Source: Ignavibacteriota bacterium
GTDB taxonomy: Bacteria > Bacteroidota > Ignavibacteria > UBA10030
Direction of reading: 5' to 3'
Assembly: GCA_963790045.1 (NCBI GenBank)
Contig: CAWBMS010000011.1
Coordinates: 260,715 to 324,714 of the forward strand
Length of the DNA stretch: 64,000 nt
Shown here: positions 10,788 through 23,561 of the stretch, piece by piece
Numbering within the stretch: the first letter of the stretch is position 1
Layout: each line of letters begins with the position of its first letter
The notes under the pieces: model-generated
Told to the model about the DNA's origin: nothing
The model's database searches: none
Seen by the model: the letters and a program-made list of their open reading frames with translations, nothing else
Program-made: the position numbers and the translations under genes

Positions 10788-12038
10788 TTATGCCATGTGT
10801 TTAATAATGGCATCGCCGAATTCGGAACATTTTATTTCTGTTGCGCCTTCCATCTGCCGTGCAAAATCGTACGTAACCGTTTTTGCTTGAATGGCGCCGT
10901 TCAATCCTTTTAGAATCAAATCAGCAGCTTCCGTCCAGCCAAGATAGCGCAGCATCATTTCGCCGGAAAGAATCACGGAGCCGGGATTGACTTTATCTAA
11001 GTTCGCATACTTCGGTGCAGTGCCGTGTGTTGCTTCAAAAATTGCATGGCCGGTAACATAGTTGATGTTCCCACCCGGTGCAATGCCGATGCCGCCGACT
11101 TGTGCGGCAAGTGCGTCGGATAAATAATCGCCATTCAAGTTTAATGTTGCAATCACATCAAATTCTTCAGGACGAGTCAAAACTTGCTGAAGCGTAATAT
11201 CGGCAATCGCATCTTTAATGACGATGCCGTTCGGAAGTTTTTGCCACGGGCCGCCGTCGATTTCCACACCGCCGAATTCCTGCTTCGTTAATTCATATCC
11301 CCAATCGCGGAATCCGCCTTCTGTAAATTTCTGGATGTTACCTTTGTGCACAATCGTAACGGATTTTCTTTTGTTGTCGATGGCATATTGAATTGCAGAA
11401 CGAATCAGTCGTTTCGATCCTTCTTCCGAAACCGGTTTAATGCCGATGCTGGAAGTTTCCGGGAAGCGGATTTTTGTCACACCCATTTCTTTTTGCAGAA
11501 AATCGATAATCTTTTTTGCTTCTTGTGTTCCGGCTTTCCATTCGATGCCCGCATAAATATCTTCTGTATTTTCACGGAAGATGATCATATTAACTTTCTC
11601 GGGATGTTTGACGGGAGAGGGAACGCCGTTGAACCATTGCACAGGACGAAGACACACATACAAATCTAATGTTTGCCGCAGCGCAACATTGAGTGACCGG
11701 ATGCCGCCGCCAATCGGTGTGGTGAGCGGGCCTTTGATGCCAACAAGATATTCTTTGAATGCTTCAATCGTGTCATTGTGCAGCCACGTGTTCGGTCCAT
11801 ACACAACGTTTGCTTTTTCGCCGGCATACACTTCGAACCAAATAATTTCCTTTTTTCCGTTATATACTTTTTTCACGGCAGCATTAAATACGCGTTGCGA
11901 GGCGCGCCAGATATTGGGACCGGTTCCGTCGCCTTCGATGAAAGGGATGATCGGATGATTCGGCACAAGAAGGTTGCCGTTGTGAATCGAAATTTTTTCT
12001 CCGTGTGTAGGAGGCGTTAGTTTAACGTACATAGCCAT
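10788..12038 (-). CDS. icd: NADP-dependent isocitrate dehydrogenase
   Basis: [26 protein letters not shown] and HGTAPKYA motifs. Confidence 0.97.
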   Translation of the reverse strand: MAMYVKLTPPTHGEKISIHNGNLLVPNHPIIPFIEGDGTGPNIWRASQRVFNAAVKKVYNGKKEIIWFEVYAGEKANVVYGPNTWLHNDTIEAFKEYLVGIKGPLTTPIGGGIRSLNVALRQTLDLYVCLRPVQWFNGVPSPVKHPEKVNMIIFRENTEDIYAGIEWKAGTQEAKKIIDFLQKEMGVTKIRFPETSSIGIKPVSEEGSKRLIRSAIQYAIDNKRKSVTIVHKGNIQKFTEGGFRDWGYELTKQEFGGVEIDGGPWQKLPNGIVIKDAIADITLQQVLTRPEEFDVIATLNLNGDYLSDALAAQVGGIGIAPGGNINYVTGHAIFEATHGTAPKYANLDKVNPGSVILSGEMMLRYLGWTEAADLILKGLNGAIQAKTVTYDFARQMEGATEIKCSEFGDAIIKHMA

Positions 12039-12040
12039 CG

Positions 12041-12475
12041 TTAGTTTTCCTTGTTCGTCGATGAATGAATATGTGCGCGAATGAGTTCACCATAACGATG
12101 AAGTTCAGCGTCGGTATAATCTTTAAGATGCAGGATAAAACGGATATTGTCGTCGTGATATCGCGGTGTGACATGCAGATGAAAATGAAATACCGATTGT
12201 CCCGCTATTCGTCCGTTGTTGTTAAACAGGTTGAGGCCTTCAAGCGGCTGCATTGTTGTCAGTGCATCGGCAATTAATTTTGCAGCATGTAAAACGGAAT
12301 GATATGCTTCTTCCGGCAAATCAAAAAAATCTTTACAATGCGTTTTGGAAATGACCAAGGAATGCCCGTAATTGATCGGATGAATATCCAGAATAGCGAT
12401 GACGTGTTCGTCCTCGTATAAAATTTCTGCGGGAATTTGTTTTGAAATGATTTTACAAAAAATACAGTTGTCCAT
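12041..12475 (-). CDS. HIT family nucleotide hydrolase
   Basis: CIFCKI start and [11 protein letters not shown] histidine triad. Confidence 0.92.
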   Translation of the reverse strand: MDNCIFCKIISKQIPAEILYEDEHVIAILDIHPINYGHSLVISKTHCKDFFDLPEEAYHSVLHAAKLIADALTTMQPLEGLNLFNNNGRIAGQSVFHFHLHVTPRYHDDNIRFILHLKDYTDAELHRYGELIRAHIHSSTNKEN

Positions 12476-12572
12476 TTTTTCTTTTTAGTTGATAGAAAAA
12501 TCTATCCAAAAATAAAGGCAAAGTCAAAAATATTGGCGAGAATAATTCTTGTTATTCTTATTATACTTTGAT

Positions 12573-12612
12573 GTTGCAATGGCGGAATTGGTAGAGATGT
12601 CAGACTTAAAAT
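12573..12612 (+). pseudogene. Degenerate 5' half of a tRNA-Leu gene
   Basis: AATGGCGGAATTGGTAGA (12578-12595) is identical to 18871-18888; it is followed by an anticodon-loop-like GACTTAAAAT; no 3' half. Confidence 0.65.
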
Positions 12613-12764
12613 GGTTGTTGTATTACTGCGATATTGTTTTGCTGGAGATTACAAGACGTTCCTTCTAAATAGTTATCTGTAAAAACGGTTACTTGCAGTC
12701 TCAAAACTGCATCTTCGATTATGCTTTTGTGTTTCTAAAACAATGTCAGTATCTTTTGTTAACT

Positions 12765-15700
12765 ATGAAATTTAATCAATTTATTTTCGTATTTCTATTC
12801 TTCAGCATCATTGATTCTCATATTGTTTCTGCTCAGATGCCGGATATCAAGTTCAAGCAGATAACAACAAGTGAATACAGGGCGATTGTTCAGGATCATC
12901 AGGGATTCCTCTGGTTTGGTTCATCAGAGGGCTTGTATCGCTTCGATGGATATGAGTATCGCAGATTTACCAATGATCCGATGGATTCTACGACTCTTTC
13001 TTCCAATTGGATAACGGATATTCTTGTTGACCATCATGGATATATCTGGATTGGCACAAAAAATGACGGTTTGAATCGATACGACCCGCGTACTGAAAAA
13101 TTTTGTTCCTATCTCCATAATCCGAACAATCCAAAGAGTCTGTCAGATAATAATATTTCTGTTCTTTGCGAAGATTCGACAGGTAATCTTTGGATTGGTA
13201 CAGAAAGAAGCGGATTGTGCTGTATGGATGCTTTCGGAAATGGCTTTGTTAACTTTAAAAGTGATTCTAATATCTCGACGACGCTTAATAATAATTACGT
13301 CAATTCGATTCTTGAGGATTCCTATGGTGATCTGTGGGTCGGAACTACAACAGGTCTTTGTCGGTTGTGTAAAGAGAAACGAGCTACGGGCGAATTTATT
13401 CGTTACTGCCATGATCAGCACAACTCAAGGAGTATCGGCGGGCCTGTATTCTCCATCTATGAAGACCGACAGAGAAATCTTTGGCTGGGAACGGTTGATG
13501 CTGGTTTATGTCGATACAATCGAGTAACTAATGATTTTACGACATTTCATCATTCAGGAGCAAAAGGAAGCATTAGTGATAATAATATAACATGTATGCA
13601 CGAGGACATTTCTGGGAAAATGTGGATAGGAACCCAGAATGGAGGGGTCAACATATTTAGCCCGACCAATAATACATTTTATCATTATAAACATGATGTT
13701 AATGACGTAGAAAGTATATATGATAATTATGTTGTGTGTATGTGCGAAGACAATGCTGGGACAATGTGGTTCGGCACGTACGGTGGACTTGCAACCTTTG
13801 ACAATAACAAAAAACAATTTATGGGATTTCAACATCAAGCAAATGATTCGTCGAGCTTGAGTGATGCTGTTGTTACAGATTTATGGCCGGATGCTGATGG
13901 CGGTATCTGGACTGGAACACATGGCGGCGGCATTAATTATCTTCCGTTTGGTTCGAAGCAGTTTAAACACTATCGGTATCAATTGGATAATCCTGCGAGT
14001 TTGAGCAGTGATTTTATTCTCTGTATTTCTGGAAGCCGCAATAATATATTATGGGTTGGTACTCGTGATCAAGGATTAAACAAGTTTGACATGCACACGG
14101 GAAAAAGTATTCGATTTATTCATAATCCAAATGACTATTCAAGTATTAGCGAAAATTGTATCATTGCATTACATGAAGATATGTCAGGAGATGTATGGAT
14201 AGGTACCAACCATAATGGTTTAGACATGCTGGATCAGAAGAATGGAAAAATTATTCATTACCGGTATAACCGGTATGACAATACATCTATCAGCAGCGAT
14301 CGTGTTATGGCAATTCTTGAAGATCACCATGGATATTTATGGGTGGGTACGCTGGGCGATGGTTTGAACCGGCTTGACCGCAAAGCAGGAACATTTACGC
14401 GCTATTATTATAAGAAAGGTGATCCTCGTAGTCTCATCAATAACGACATCACATTCCTGTGTGAAGATCCTCGAGGCGTTCTTTGGGTTGGTACTCTTGC
14501 CGGTATTTCCCGCTATGATGAAGCAGAAAATAGTTTTACGTCATTCACAAAACAAAATGGCATTGTCGATAACGATATTGGAGCCATTATTCCGGATACA
14601 AAGGGATATCTTTGGGTTACGACCAATAATGGCTTATCAAAATTTGATCCACGTACAGGAATGTTTAGGAATTTCGAAAAAGCTGATGGACTATTGGTAA
14701 CAGATTTTATGCAGGCATCAGGTTGCCGTCGCAAAGATGGATGGATGCTTTTCGGCGGCCAGGAGGGAATTGTTACGTTTCATCCTGACAGCATTCATGA
14801 AAATAATTTCATTCCGCCAGTTATGATTACACGATTTAAAATTTTTGAGCAAACGATGCCGATTCCTTTTAATAAACAAGGTGATGCAGAGATCGTTTTG
14901 TCGTATGAGCAGAATTTTTTCTCGTTTGAGTTCGCTGCACTATCGTTTACTGCACCGGAAAAAAATATGTATCGATATATGCTTGAAGGTATCGATGACA
15001 AATGGATATTCAGTGGAACACGCCATTATGCTGCCTATACACATTTAAGTCCGGGTGATTATATTTTCCATGTGCAAGGCAGCAACAATGATGGTGTGTG
15101 GAATGCAAAAGGTACATCGGTGGTGGTTCGGATTATTCCTCCATTTTGGGTCACATGGTGGTTCCGATCGATAGTTATTCTCATTTTTGTGTCGTGTATT
15201 ACCACTGCCGTATTATGGAGGATTCATTACCTCAAACGACGCACGGTTGAGCAACAGAAAGTATCGCAACAGCTCATTGAGTTTCAAGAGAATGAACGGA
15301 AGAGAATAGGTACAAGCTTGCATGACAGCCTGGGGCAAAATCTTCTCGTGATTAAAAATCTCGCTATCTTAGGATCTGAAGCAAACAAGCAGCATAAGTC
15401 CACAGATGAACAGCTTGATGAAATTTCTTCCATAGCATCTCAAACGCTCGCAGAGGTTCGTGAAATATCATACAACCTGCGTCCGTACCATCTCGATCAA
15501 TTAGGATTGACTGGCGCGTTGCGTTCAATAATAACAAGAATTGAATCCTCATCACAAATTACATTTGCAAAAGATATAGATACATGATAATCTTTTCCCG
15601 AAGCAGCAAGAGATCAATGTCTTCAGGATTGTGCAAGAATCTATCAATAATATTATCAAGCATTCACATGCTACAAATGCCTCGATACAAGTCAAGCGTG

Positions 15701-15888
15701 AAAACGATACTGCCGTTATTATCGTCTCTGATAACGGCATTGGCTTCGATCAAAATCATTATGGCTTTGGATTGACAGGTATTGGCGAAAGAGTCCGCAT
15801 ACTTGGAGGATCTTTTGTTATACGATCAAAACCGGGATCAGGCACAGCTATTACATCAACAATTCCCTTTGGGAGAACATCTTCATGA
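12765..15888 (+). CDS. Sensor histidine kinase with beta-propeller (Reg_prop) repeats, Y_Y_Y domain, HisKA_3 and HATPase; frameshift at ~15583
   Basis: Many D..G.LWIGT repeats, YRYMLEG...GDYIFHV, ERKRIG.SLHDSLGQ; second frame gives QESINNIIKHS...DNGIGF...GFGL. Confidence 0.9.
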
Positions 15889-16540
15889 AAGAAACAATAA
15901 CGCTTATTATTGCTGACGATCATCCGGTATTCAGAAAAGGATTATTCCATATCATTGAAGCAGATCCATCGGTTATTCTTTTAGGTGAAGCGGGGGACGG
16001 TGAGGCAGCTCTTGCTCTCATCGAAGAAAAAAAACCCGACGTGGCGTTGCTTGATATTTCTATGCCGCGGATGACCGGATTGAAGGTTGCAAAAATTGTT
16101 CAGGAACGCGGCCAATCGATAAAACTTGTCATCATAACGATGAACGCCGACGAAGAATTATTTAATGAGGCAATGGACATTGGTGTAAACGGCTATATCC
16201 TTAAAGAAAATGCTGTCAGCGAAGTGCTGAACAGCATTAAAGCCGTGGTGCAAGGGCAGTATTATATTTCGCCATCCATTTCAGGTCTTCTTATAAAGCG
16301 CTCACAAAAAAGGCAGAATGCCCTTCAACGTATGCCCGGACTTATCGATCTCACTCCAACCGAATTGCGTATCCTTAAACTTATTGCCGGCAATAAAACC
16401 AGCAAAGAAATAGCCATTGATCTTTGTATCAGTCCAAAGACTGTTGAAAACCACAGGGCAAATATTGCAGATAAACTTAAGCTCTCTGGTAATAACGCAC
16501 TCCTCAGATTTACTCTATAGAACACAAATCGCTCCTGTAA
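15885..16540 (+). CDS. NarL/LuxR family response regulator (likely small frameshift near the 3' end)
   Basis: ADDHP REC domain and LTPTELRIL...SPKTVENHR HTH; tail IEHKSLL* lies in another frame. Confidence 0.92.
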
Positions 16541-16651
16541 GTATATAGGTGAAGCCCCCTATATGCAATAGGGATGATCTGGCTACATTTTAGGTTATTC
16601 ACACCTATTTCCATCCTTTTCACTTCTCTGTAAATTTTCACAACAATTTTA

Positions 16652-17026
16652 GTGAAAACCATAATGACCGTACTTGTAGTAGATAATGACGCACGAATGC
16701 GCCGGACAATTATCAATATCCTCGCGTCCCAAATGATTACCTGCATAGAATGTGACGACGGCGCCAAAGCGCTTGAGCTTTATCGTAAAATTCAACCTGC
16801 TTGGATATTGATGGATGTTCTTATGCCGGGTATGAACGGATTTGAAACGACAAGAACAATTATTGCGTCATTTCCTCATGCCCGTATTGCGATCGTCACG
16901 GATTATAACGATATTGAATTTCGCGATGCTGCACGACGGTCCGGTGCATCGGCGTATATTCTTAAAGAGGAATTAATGCAGTTAAGAGAAAAAATTACAC
17001 AAACAACCAACACGGAGGAGTTATGA
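16652..17026 (+). CDS. Single-domain response regulator
   Basis: VLVVDN...LMDVLMPGMNG...YILK. Confidence 0.88.
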   Translation: MKTIMTVLVVDNDARMRRTIINILASQMITCIECDDGAKALELYRKIQPAWILMDVLMPGMNGFETTRTIIASFPHARIAIVTDYNDIEFRDAARRSGASAYILKEELMQLREKITQTTNTEEL

Positions 17027-18513
17027 AACTAAGACACGTTTTTGTATCCGTTGCAATGCTTACCGCTTTAATGCTCACTGTTCCTACATTTGTGCAATGT
17101 TCGGCAGATACGCCTTCAGGGTCCGGCACTTCAAGTGATCCTTATCAAATTGCTACACTGAACAATCTCCATTGGATAACACAAAACAGCAGTTCATGGA
17201 GCGGTTATTTTATTCAGACAGCAGATATTGATGCTTCAAGTAGTTATACATGGGCGAGTGGTGCAGGGTTTTCTCCTATTGGAAATAGTGCGACACAATT
17301 CACTGGTTCGGACGATGGCAAGACATACAAAATCACCGGACTGTATATATACCAAAGTAGCACGAACTACATTGGTTTTTTTGGATATACAAGTGGTGCA
17401 ACAATCACAAATGTAAAGATCGAGAGCGTTTCCATAACTGGAGATAATTATACCGGTGGTTTGATTGGTGAACAATACGGTGGTACAACTACAAGCTGCT
17501 ACAGCACTGGCTCTGTAACTGGTAATTATGACGTTGGTGGCTTGATTGGGTTGGGAAATTCTTCTTCCATCGAAAGTAATTGTTATAGCACTTCTTCTGT
17601 AAAAGGTTATGGTTCTTATGTCGGCGGATTGATGGGGGCGCAAGTAAATAGCACCGCTACGAACTGCTATTGCACTGGTTCTGTAACAGGTAATTTATCT
17701 TTTGGTGGATTTATTGGATCTCAATCTGGCGGTACTGCTGCGAATTGTTTTTGGGATATAACAACTTCCGGTCAAACAAGCAGCGTCGGCGGAACCGGTA
17801 AAAGCACCGCCGATATGAAAACAGCTTCCACTTTTCTAAATGCGGGGTGGAGTGGCAGTATCTGGAATATTGGAGATGGAATAAATAACGGCTATCCGTA
17901 TTTAAAGTGGCTAAATCCAAGTGGTACTCCGCTTCCAGTAGAACTCACTTCCATTACTGCAAGCGAAGCACTATCCGGTGCTATACTGCAATGGAAGACC
18001 GCAACAGAAATCAATAATTATGGCTTTGATGTAGAACGGAGAGCAGTGAACAGTGAAAAGTTAACAGCCAACAGTTGGAGTAAGATAGGATTTGTGCAGG
18101 GCAATGGCACAAGCAACTCTCTGCACGAATATTCCTTTGTCGATGCACAGCTTGCGGCAGGAACCTACGCCTATCGCCTGAAGCAGATCGATAATGGCGG
18201 AGCAACAAAATACTCCAGCGAAGCAGAGGTGACGATTGCCGTACCAAAAGTATTTGCACTGAGCCAGAATTATCCTAACCCGTTTAATCCAACGACGATG
18301 ATAGAATTCACTGTGCCTGAAGACGGGATGACAACATTGAAGGTATATGATATCCTTGGTAAAGAAGTGGCAACATTAGTGAATGAGAATTTGCAAGCGG
18401 GTATCATTCATCAAACTTCATTTAATGCTTCTCGGCTTTCGTCAGGGATGTATTTCTATCGTTTGGAAACCAACAGTGCCTCATTGGTAAAAAAACTTGT
18501 GTTGCTGAAATGA
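17023..18513 (+). CDS. Secreted GLUG-motif protein with T9SS-type C-terminal sorting domain
   Basis: GSGTSSDPYQI, repeated GGLIG/YSTGSVTG GLUG motifs, PLPVELTS, LSQNYPNPFNPTT. Confidence 0.85.
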   Translation: MKLRHVFVSVAMLTALMLTVPTFVQCSADTPSGSGTSSDPYQIATLNNLHWITQNSSSWSGYFIQTADIDASSSYTWASGAGFSPIGNSATQFTGSDDGKTYKITGLYIYQSSTNYIGFFGYTSGATITNVKIESVSITGDNYTGGLIGEQYGGTTTSCYSTGSVTGNYDVGGLIGLGNSSSIESNCYSTSSVKGYGSYVGGLMGAQVNSTATNCYCTGSVTGNLSFGGFIGSQSGGTAANCFWDITTSGQTSSVGGTGKSTADMKTASTFLNAGWSGSIWNIGDGINNGYPYLKWLNPSGTPLPVELTSITASEALSGAILQWKTATEINNYGFDVERRAVNSEKLTANSWSKIGFVQGNGTSNSLHEYSFVDAQLAAGTYAYRLKQIDNGGATKYSSEAEVTIAVPKVFALSQNYPNPFNPTTMIEFTVPEDGMTTLKVYDILGKEVATLVNENLQAGIIHQTSFNASRLSSGMYFYRLETNSASLVKKLVLLK

Positions 18514-18603
18514 TGTTAATATAATATCAGATGATTGCAGACATAGGAATAAATAAAAAACGTTTTGCCGATAGATGATAATTGGTTGGAGGAATAAGGA
18601 GGC

Positions 18604-18636
18604 GCATCCTCGGATAATTCCGGAGGATGCTGTTTA
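18604..18636 (+). terminator. Probable hairpin terminator after the GLUG gene
   Basis: GCATCCTC...GAGGATGC inverted repeat followed by TGTTT. Confidence 0.45.
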
Positions 18637-18865
18637 TGTGTTTGTGCTGATTTTTATTTTAATCACAATGGCTGTGTATCGAGTGATTTCTACGAAAAAG
18701 AATTTGCCTTAGAGGAGAAACTTCAATACATTTAATTGTTCCCCTTAAATGAATGGGGATTTTTTACTTGACTTGAAAGTAATCAAAAGTTACAAGTGAT
18801 TACTCTGGCGGCAATAAAAAAACTTGAGGTCGATTTAAGATCTTCAAATTTAGACTAAAATCGAT

Positions 18866-18951
18866 GCCGAAATGGCGGAATTGGTAGACGCGCTGGACTC
18901 AAAATCCAGTCTGGCTTACACCAGGTGAGAGTTCGAGTCTCTCTTCCGGCA
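18866..18951 (+). tRNA. tRNA-Leu(CAA)
   Basis: D-arm TGGCGGAATTGGTAGAC, anticodon arm CTGGA-CTCAAAA-TCCAG, long variable arm, GTTCGAGTC T-loop; one acceptor-stem mismatch; CCA not encoded. Confidence 0.93.
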
Positions 18952-19111
18952 CAGAATGAAAGTCCTTTTACAAAGATAATTCAGAGTCGCTTTGTTGATT
19001 GTGAAGAGGTAAATCAGCAAAGAAGAATGAGCTTGTCTTTTACACGCGTTGGAGAATGTATCGGTCACACTGCTACAGTTCTGAAATAGAAGTCATCTTC
19101 AACGTGGACGA

Positions 19112-22100
19112 ATGAAGTTTTATTTTCCCAAAATTTTTTTTCTGCTGCACCTGTTGATTGTACCGCTTACCGGTCAATCGTTACAGCGAATCATTTTTTC
19201 CCCAACTCTAGTCCACATTTTACTGTCTCTCGCAACGATTCCATCATTCAATTGCCGCGTCAATTTATTTTTGAACACAGCGATGAAACACTGCTTGATT
19301 CCACGCAGCATCTTCTTCGTTCAAAGGATTATGAAATCGATTATCGATCCGGCAAAATTACTTTCGCATCGTCACTGCGGGAACAATTAAAGCGCGATAC
19401 ACTTCATCATTCTTTTGTCGTTCATTATCAGGCATTGCCGATTATGTTTCAGCCGGAATATTCTCTGCGGCATCTGGAAGTGCGGCGGGATTCGACAGGA
19501 AAAAAACAAACATATATCGCATCAACTACTGCGAGTATTTTGTCAGAAGATTTATTCGGTTCCGGATTGAAGAAGAGCGGTTCGTTGGTGCGCGGTTTCA
19601 CCGTCGGTACGAATCGCGATATGTCGCTCAATTCCGGATTGCGCTTGCAGTTGTCCGGCAAGTTAGCGCAGGATATTGAAATCAACGCTGCGTTGACGGA
19701 TGAAAATTCTCCCATTCAACCGGAAGGAACAACGCAAACACTGCGCGAAGTGGACAAAGTGTACGTCGAAATTAAAAGTCCAAATTATGCCGTGACGCTC
19801 GGTGATTTTAATCTCAACGTCAGTCAGTCGGAAGGCGGGGAATTCGGACAACTCAATCGGAAACTGCAAGGTGCTCATGGCACAGCGACGTTCAGTAAAA
19901 TTGGCGGAGCAGATTTCGATGGCTCGGTTTCCGTTACAGCCGGCACAGCGCGCGGAATATTCATGACGAATCAATTGCAGGGAATGGACGGCGTTCAAGG
20001 GCCATATCAGTTATCTGATCAAAACGGTCAAAAGCAAATTTTGATTATTGCAGGATCGGAACGTGTGTACTTAAACGGCGAATTGATGATGCGCGGAGAA
20101 ACAAATGATTACACCATCGATTATTCAATCGGCGAAGTAACATTTTCCAGCAAACGATTGATGACGAATGCTTCGCGTATTGTCATTGACTTTGAATACA
20201 CAAACGAAGAATATACGCGGAATGTGATCGGCGGAAGTGTGGCGGGACAAACACTGGGACGCGCAGTGAATTTCAATGTCTCATTTTTTCAGGAAGCGGA
20301 TGACCCTAATGCGCCGGTGAATTATGCGCTGACGGATTCCACGCGCAGGATTCTTGCGCAGAGCGGCACAAACAAATTCAAAGCGTCGGTTTCTGGACTG
20401 TTGCCTGCGGGACAAGATTCCGGTCAATATATCTTGCGAGACACGATGATCAATAACAAAATCTATCCGTTACTCGTCTATGCACCAGGAAATTCTTTGG
20501 CAACCTATTCCGTGACATTTTCGTATGTTGCTGTTGTTCCAGTAGATTCTGTCGGTTACACACGTATTGCGGCGGGTGAATTTCAATTTGTAGGACCCGG
20601 CAGTGGCAACTACATGCCGATTCAATTTCTTCCGATGCCGCAACTACATCAAGAAATGGACGTTCATGCCCAAGCAAAGGTCAGTAAAGATTTTTCTGTC
20701 GCAGGCGAATATGCGGTGAGCCGATTCAACGCCAATCGATTTTCCACCGATGACAGTGCGAATGTTACCGGGGGTGCTATGAAAATTTCTGCACGATACG
20801 ATCCGAAACAAATAATGATTGGCGGGAAAAATTACGGCGCCATGGATATTAATGTCTCCGAACGATTTGTGGATCATCGATTTGTTTCGTTGGATCGAGT
20901 CGATGAAGTAGAATTCAATCGCAAGTGGGATGTTGCAACGACGACGACTGCCGATGAACAAACGTATGAAATGTCGCTTGCATATTCTCCGGTGAAAACG
21001 GTACAGGGAACAATCGGTTACGGATCGTTGGAACGATCTGGAGAATCGAAATCCAATCGCACGCAAGTCGATGTTGCTTTGAATGATTCTACATTGCCGG
21101 CAGCGCAATATCATTTTGAAAATATTCAATCCTCGGATTTTATTCTAAATAGCAATTCGCAATGGATCCGGCAGCGTGGCACGTTGGAGTATGCAATTGC
21201 TCGATGGCATCCGGGCATTCGAATTGAAACAGAAGATCGCAATGCCGCGCAAACGGGAAGTGACTCGGCATTATCGGGAAGTTTTCGTTATTTGGAAATT
21301 GCGCCGAAACTCTCGACGCCGGAATTCTCGCACATGACGGCAAGCGCGGAAATACAATTTCGTTCGGAAGACAGCGCCTCTATCGGTTCACTCAAACGAG
21401 CATCCAACGCGATAACGCAATTGTATTCGTGGCGGCTTGCCGACTGGCACACATTGGCAAGTTCGCTGACACTTAATGTTCGCAATGTACAGTTCACGGA
21501 TGAATTTAAACAGCATGGGAATGTCAATACCGATGCAGTATTAGTTCGGTCAGAAACGCGGTATGCACCATTTCAGCGCGCGGTTGAATCCGAATGGTAT
21601 TATGAATTTTCCGATCAACGCTCTGCACGGCTGCAACGTGTCTTTGTGCAAGTACCGAAAGGATCGGGAAATTATCGATACCTTGGCGATTTGAACGGCA
21701 ACGGAGTGAAAGATGAAAACGAATTTGAACTGACAAATTATGACGGCGATTATATCGTAACTTATTATCCCAGCGACGAATTGTTTCCAGTTGCCGACTT
21801 GAAAGCAAGTACGCGCTTAAAATTGCAGCCGGCGCGATTGCTTCCTCATCCAACGACGTTGTTCGAAAAAATTCTTAAAGTCATTTCAAGCGAAACCAAT
21901 CTTCGTGTGAACGAAACAAGCAATATTTCCGACACGAAGCAAATCTATTTGCTGCATTTTAGTAAATTCCAAAACGACAGCACCACGCTAAACGGCTCGA
22001 ATCAATTTACGCAGGATGTATTTCTTTTTGAAAATAGTCCAGATCTTTCATTCCGGCTTCGATACAATGAACGCCGTTCATTAATGCAGCTTGTTTCTTC

Positions 22101-22650
22101 GGTGGAACGCGGGTACTTACAAGAGCGTTCTGTACGCGTGCGGTCGCAGTTGATTCCTGAAATCAGCAATCAAACAGATTTTATCAATACCACAGACCGG
22201 CTTGTCTCATCGGTGCAGTCGATAAGCCAGCGCGATCTCTCATCCAATGCGTTGCTAACAGATTTTTCCTATCGGCCGGATATGATCTGGGAAATAGGAT
22301 TCAATTTCGATGAAACAGAAATTGTGGATCGATTTATCAATACCTCAGCAACCTCGGATATTAATCAACAAGGATTACGCATTACACAATCTTTCCCATC
22401 GATAGGACAGCTTCGGATAGAATTTACACGAAAAGAAACTACGCTCTCGAATGTTCCCTCATCTTCTCTTATTTCACTGCCGTATGAATTTACACAAGGA
22501 AATGTCGTTGGAAAAACATTCCTCTGGCAGGTGACATTCGAATATCGCCTTACATCCAACATTCAATTATCTGCAAACTATACCGGACGTTTAGAGGGTG
22601 CCACCACGCCGGTGCATCAAGTGCACATGGAAGCAAGGGCTTTTTTCTAA
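19112..22650 (+). CDS. Large outer-membrane protein of unknown function; frameshift near 19190
   Basis: Signal peptide in the 19112 ORF, body in the 19252 ORF; repeated DYxIDY..G.ITF motifs; terminal aromatic residues (RAFF). Confidence 0.7.
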
Positions 22651-22834
22651 AATCTGTCAAGCAATGTTTCGAAATATATTCTTAAAATAAAACTTGTGCT
22701 TGCCTTTGTTGCACCTTTTGGCTATACTTTTTTACACAAAAAGTGAATTACATCGTTCGATATTGTGTATTGCCATGCAGTGAGAGAATAAATAAAATTC
22801 CCTTGGCATGTTCCTATGGAGGCAGGTGAAGGTG

Positions 22835-23344
22835 ATGGAAAAAATATTCTATACGTCGTTCGATTCAAAAATCGGGACCATTTATGTCGCTTCAACAGAA
22901 GTCGGGGTTTGTAAAATCAGTATTCCTGCACAAACGAAAAAAGAATTTCATGCATGGCTTCAAACACACAGCAACGGCGCGGAAGTCACCGAATCTACTT
23001 CAAAGAATCGTCAGATCATCGATGAGATCAATCGCTATCTTGACCGTCGCCTTGTGAAATTCCATAGCAAGCTTGATCCATTGGGAACGGAATTCCAGAT
23101 CTCTGTGTGGGGACAATTAAAGCGAATAAAATACGGCGAGACAATCACATACAAACAACTTGCACACCGTGTCGGTATTGCAAAAGGATATCAAGCGGTC
23201 GGCCGTGCCAACGGCGCCAATCCGCTGCCGATTGTTGTACCATGTCATCGTGTAATCGGTTCGAATGCGAAGTTGGTCGGGTATGCGGCGGGATTGAAAA
23301 CGAAAGAATTTTTACTTCGCCTTGAAGGCGCACTGCAAGCGTAA
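22835..23344 (+). CDS. ogt: Methylated-DNA--protein-cysteine methyltransferase
   Basis: GTEFQ..VW, AVGRANGANP and PCHRV active site. Confidence 0.93.
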   Translation: MEKIFYTSFDSKIGTIYVASTEVGVCKISIPAQTKKEFHAWLQTHSNGAEVTESTSKNRQIIDEINRYLDRRLVKFHSKLDPLGTEFQISVWGQLKRIKYGETITYKQLAHRVGIAKGYQAVGRANGANPLPIVVPCHRVIGSNAKLVGYAAGLKTKEFLLRLEGALQA

Positions 23345-23561
23345 AAACGGGACTTGCCCTCGCAACAAATTTTGCTTACTATTTCTCTGTAATGAGTTGA
23401 TGAAAAAATAGTAAGAAATTCCGAAAGCGTTCTATCCCATTTCAAACAATTTAAATTGGTCTTTTGGTGAAATTCACTGAGAGGTGAAAGTTATTGTTTG
23501 AGAGAATGTACAAGCGTATAAAAAACGTTTTCTTTTTAAATTTTGAAATTGATATTACCTC

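Noticed and set aside
12765-14800. Novel repeat array in the kinase gene
   Set aside because: These are ordinary two-component beta-propeller protein repeats
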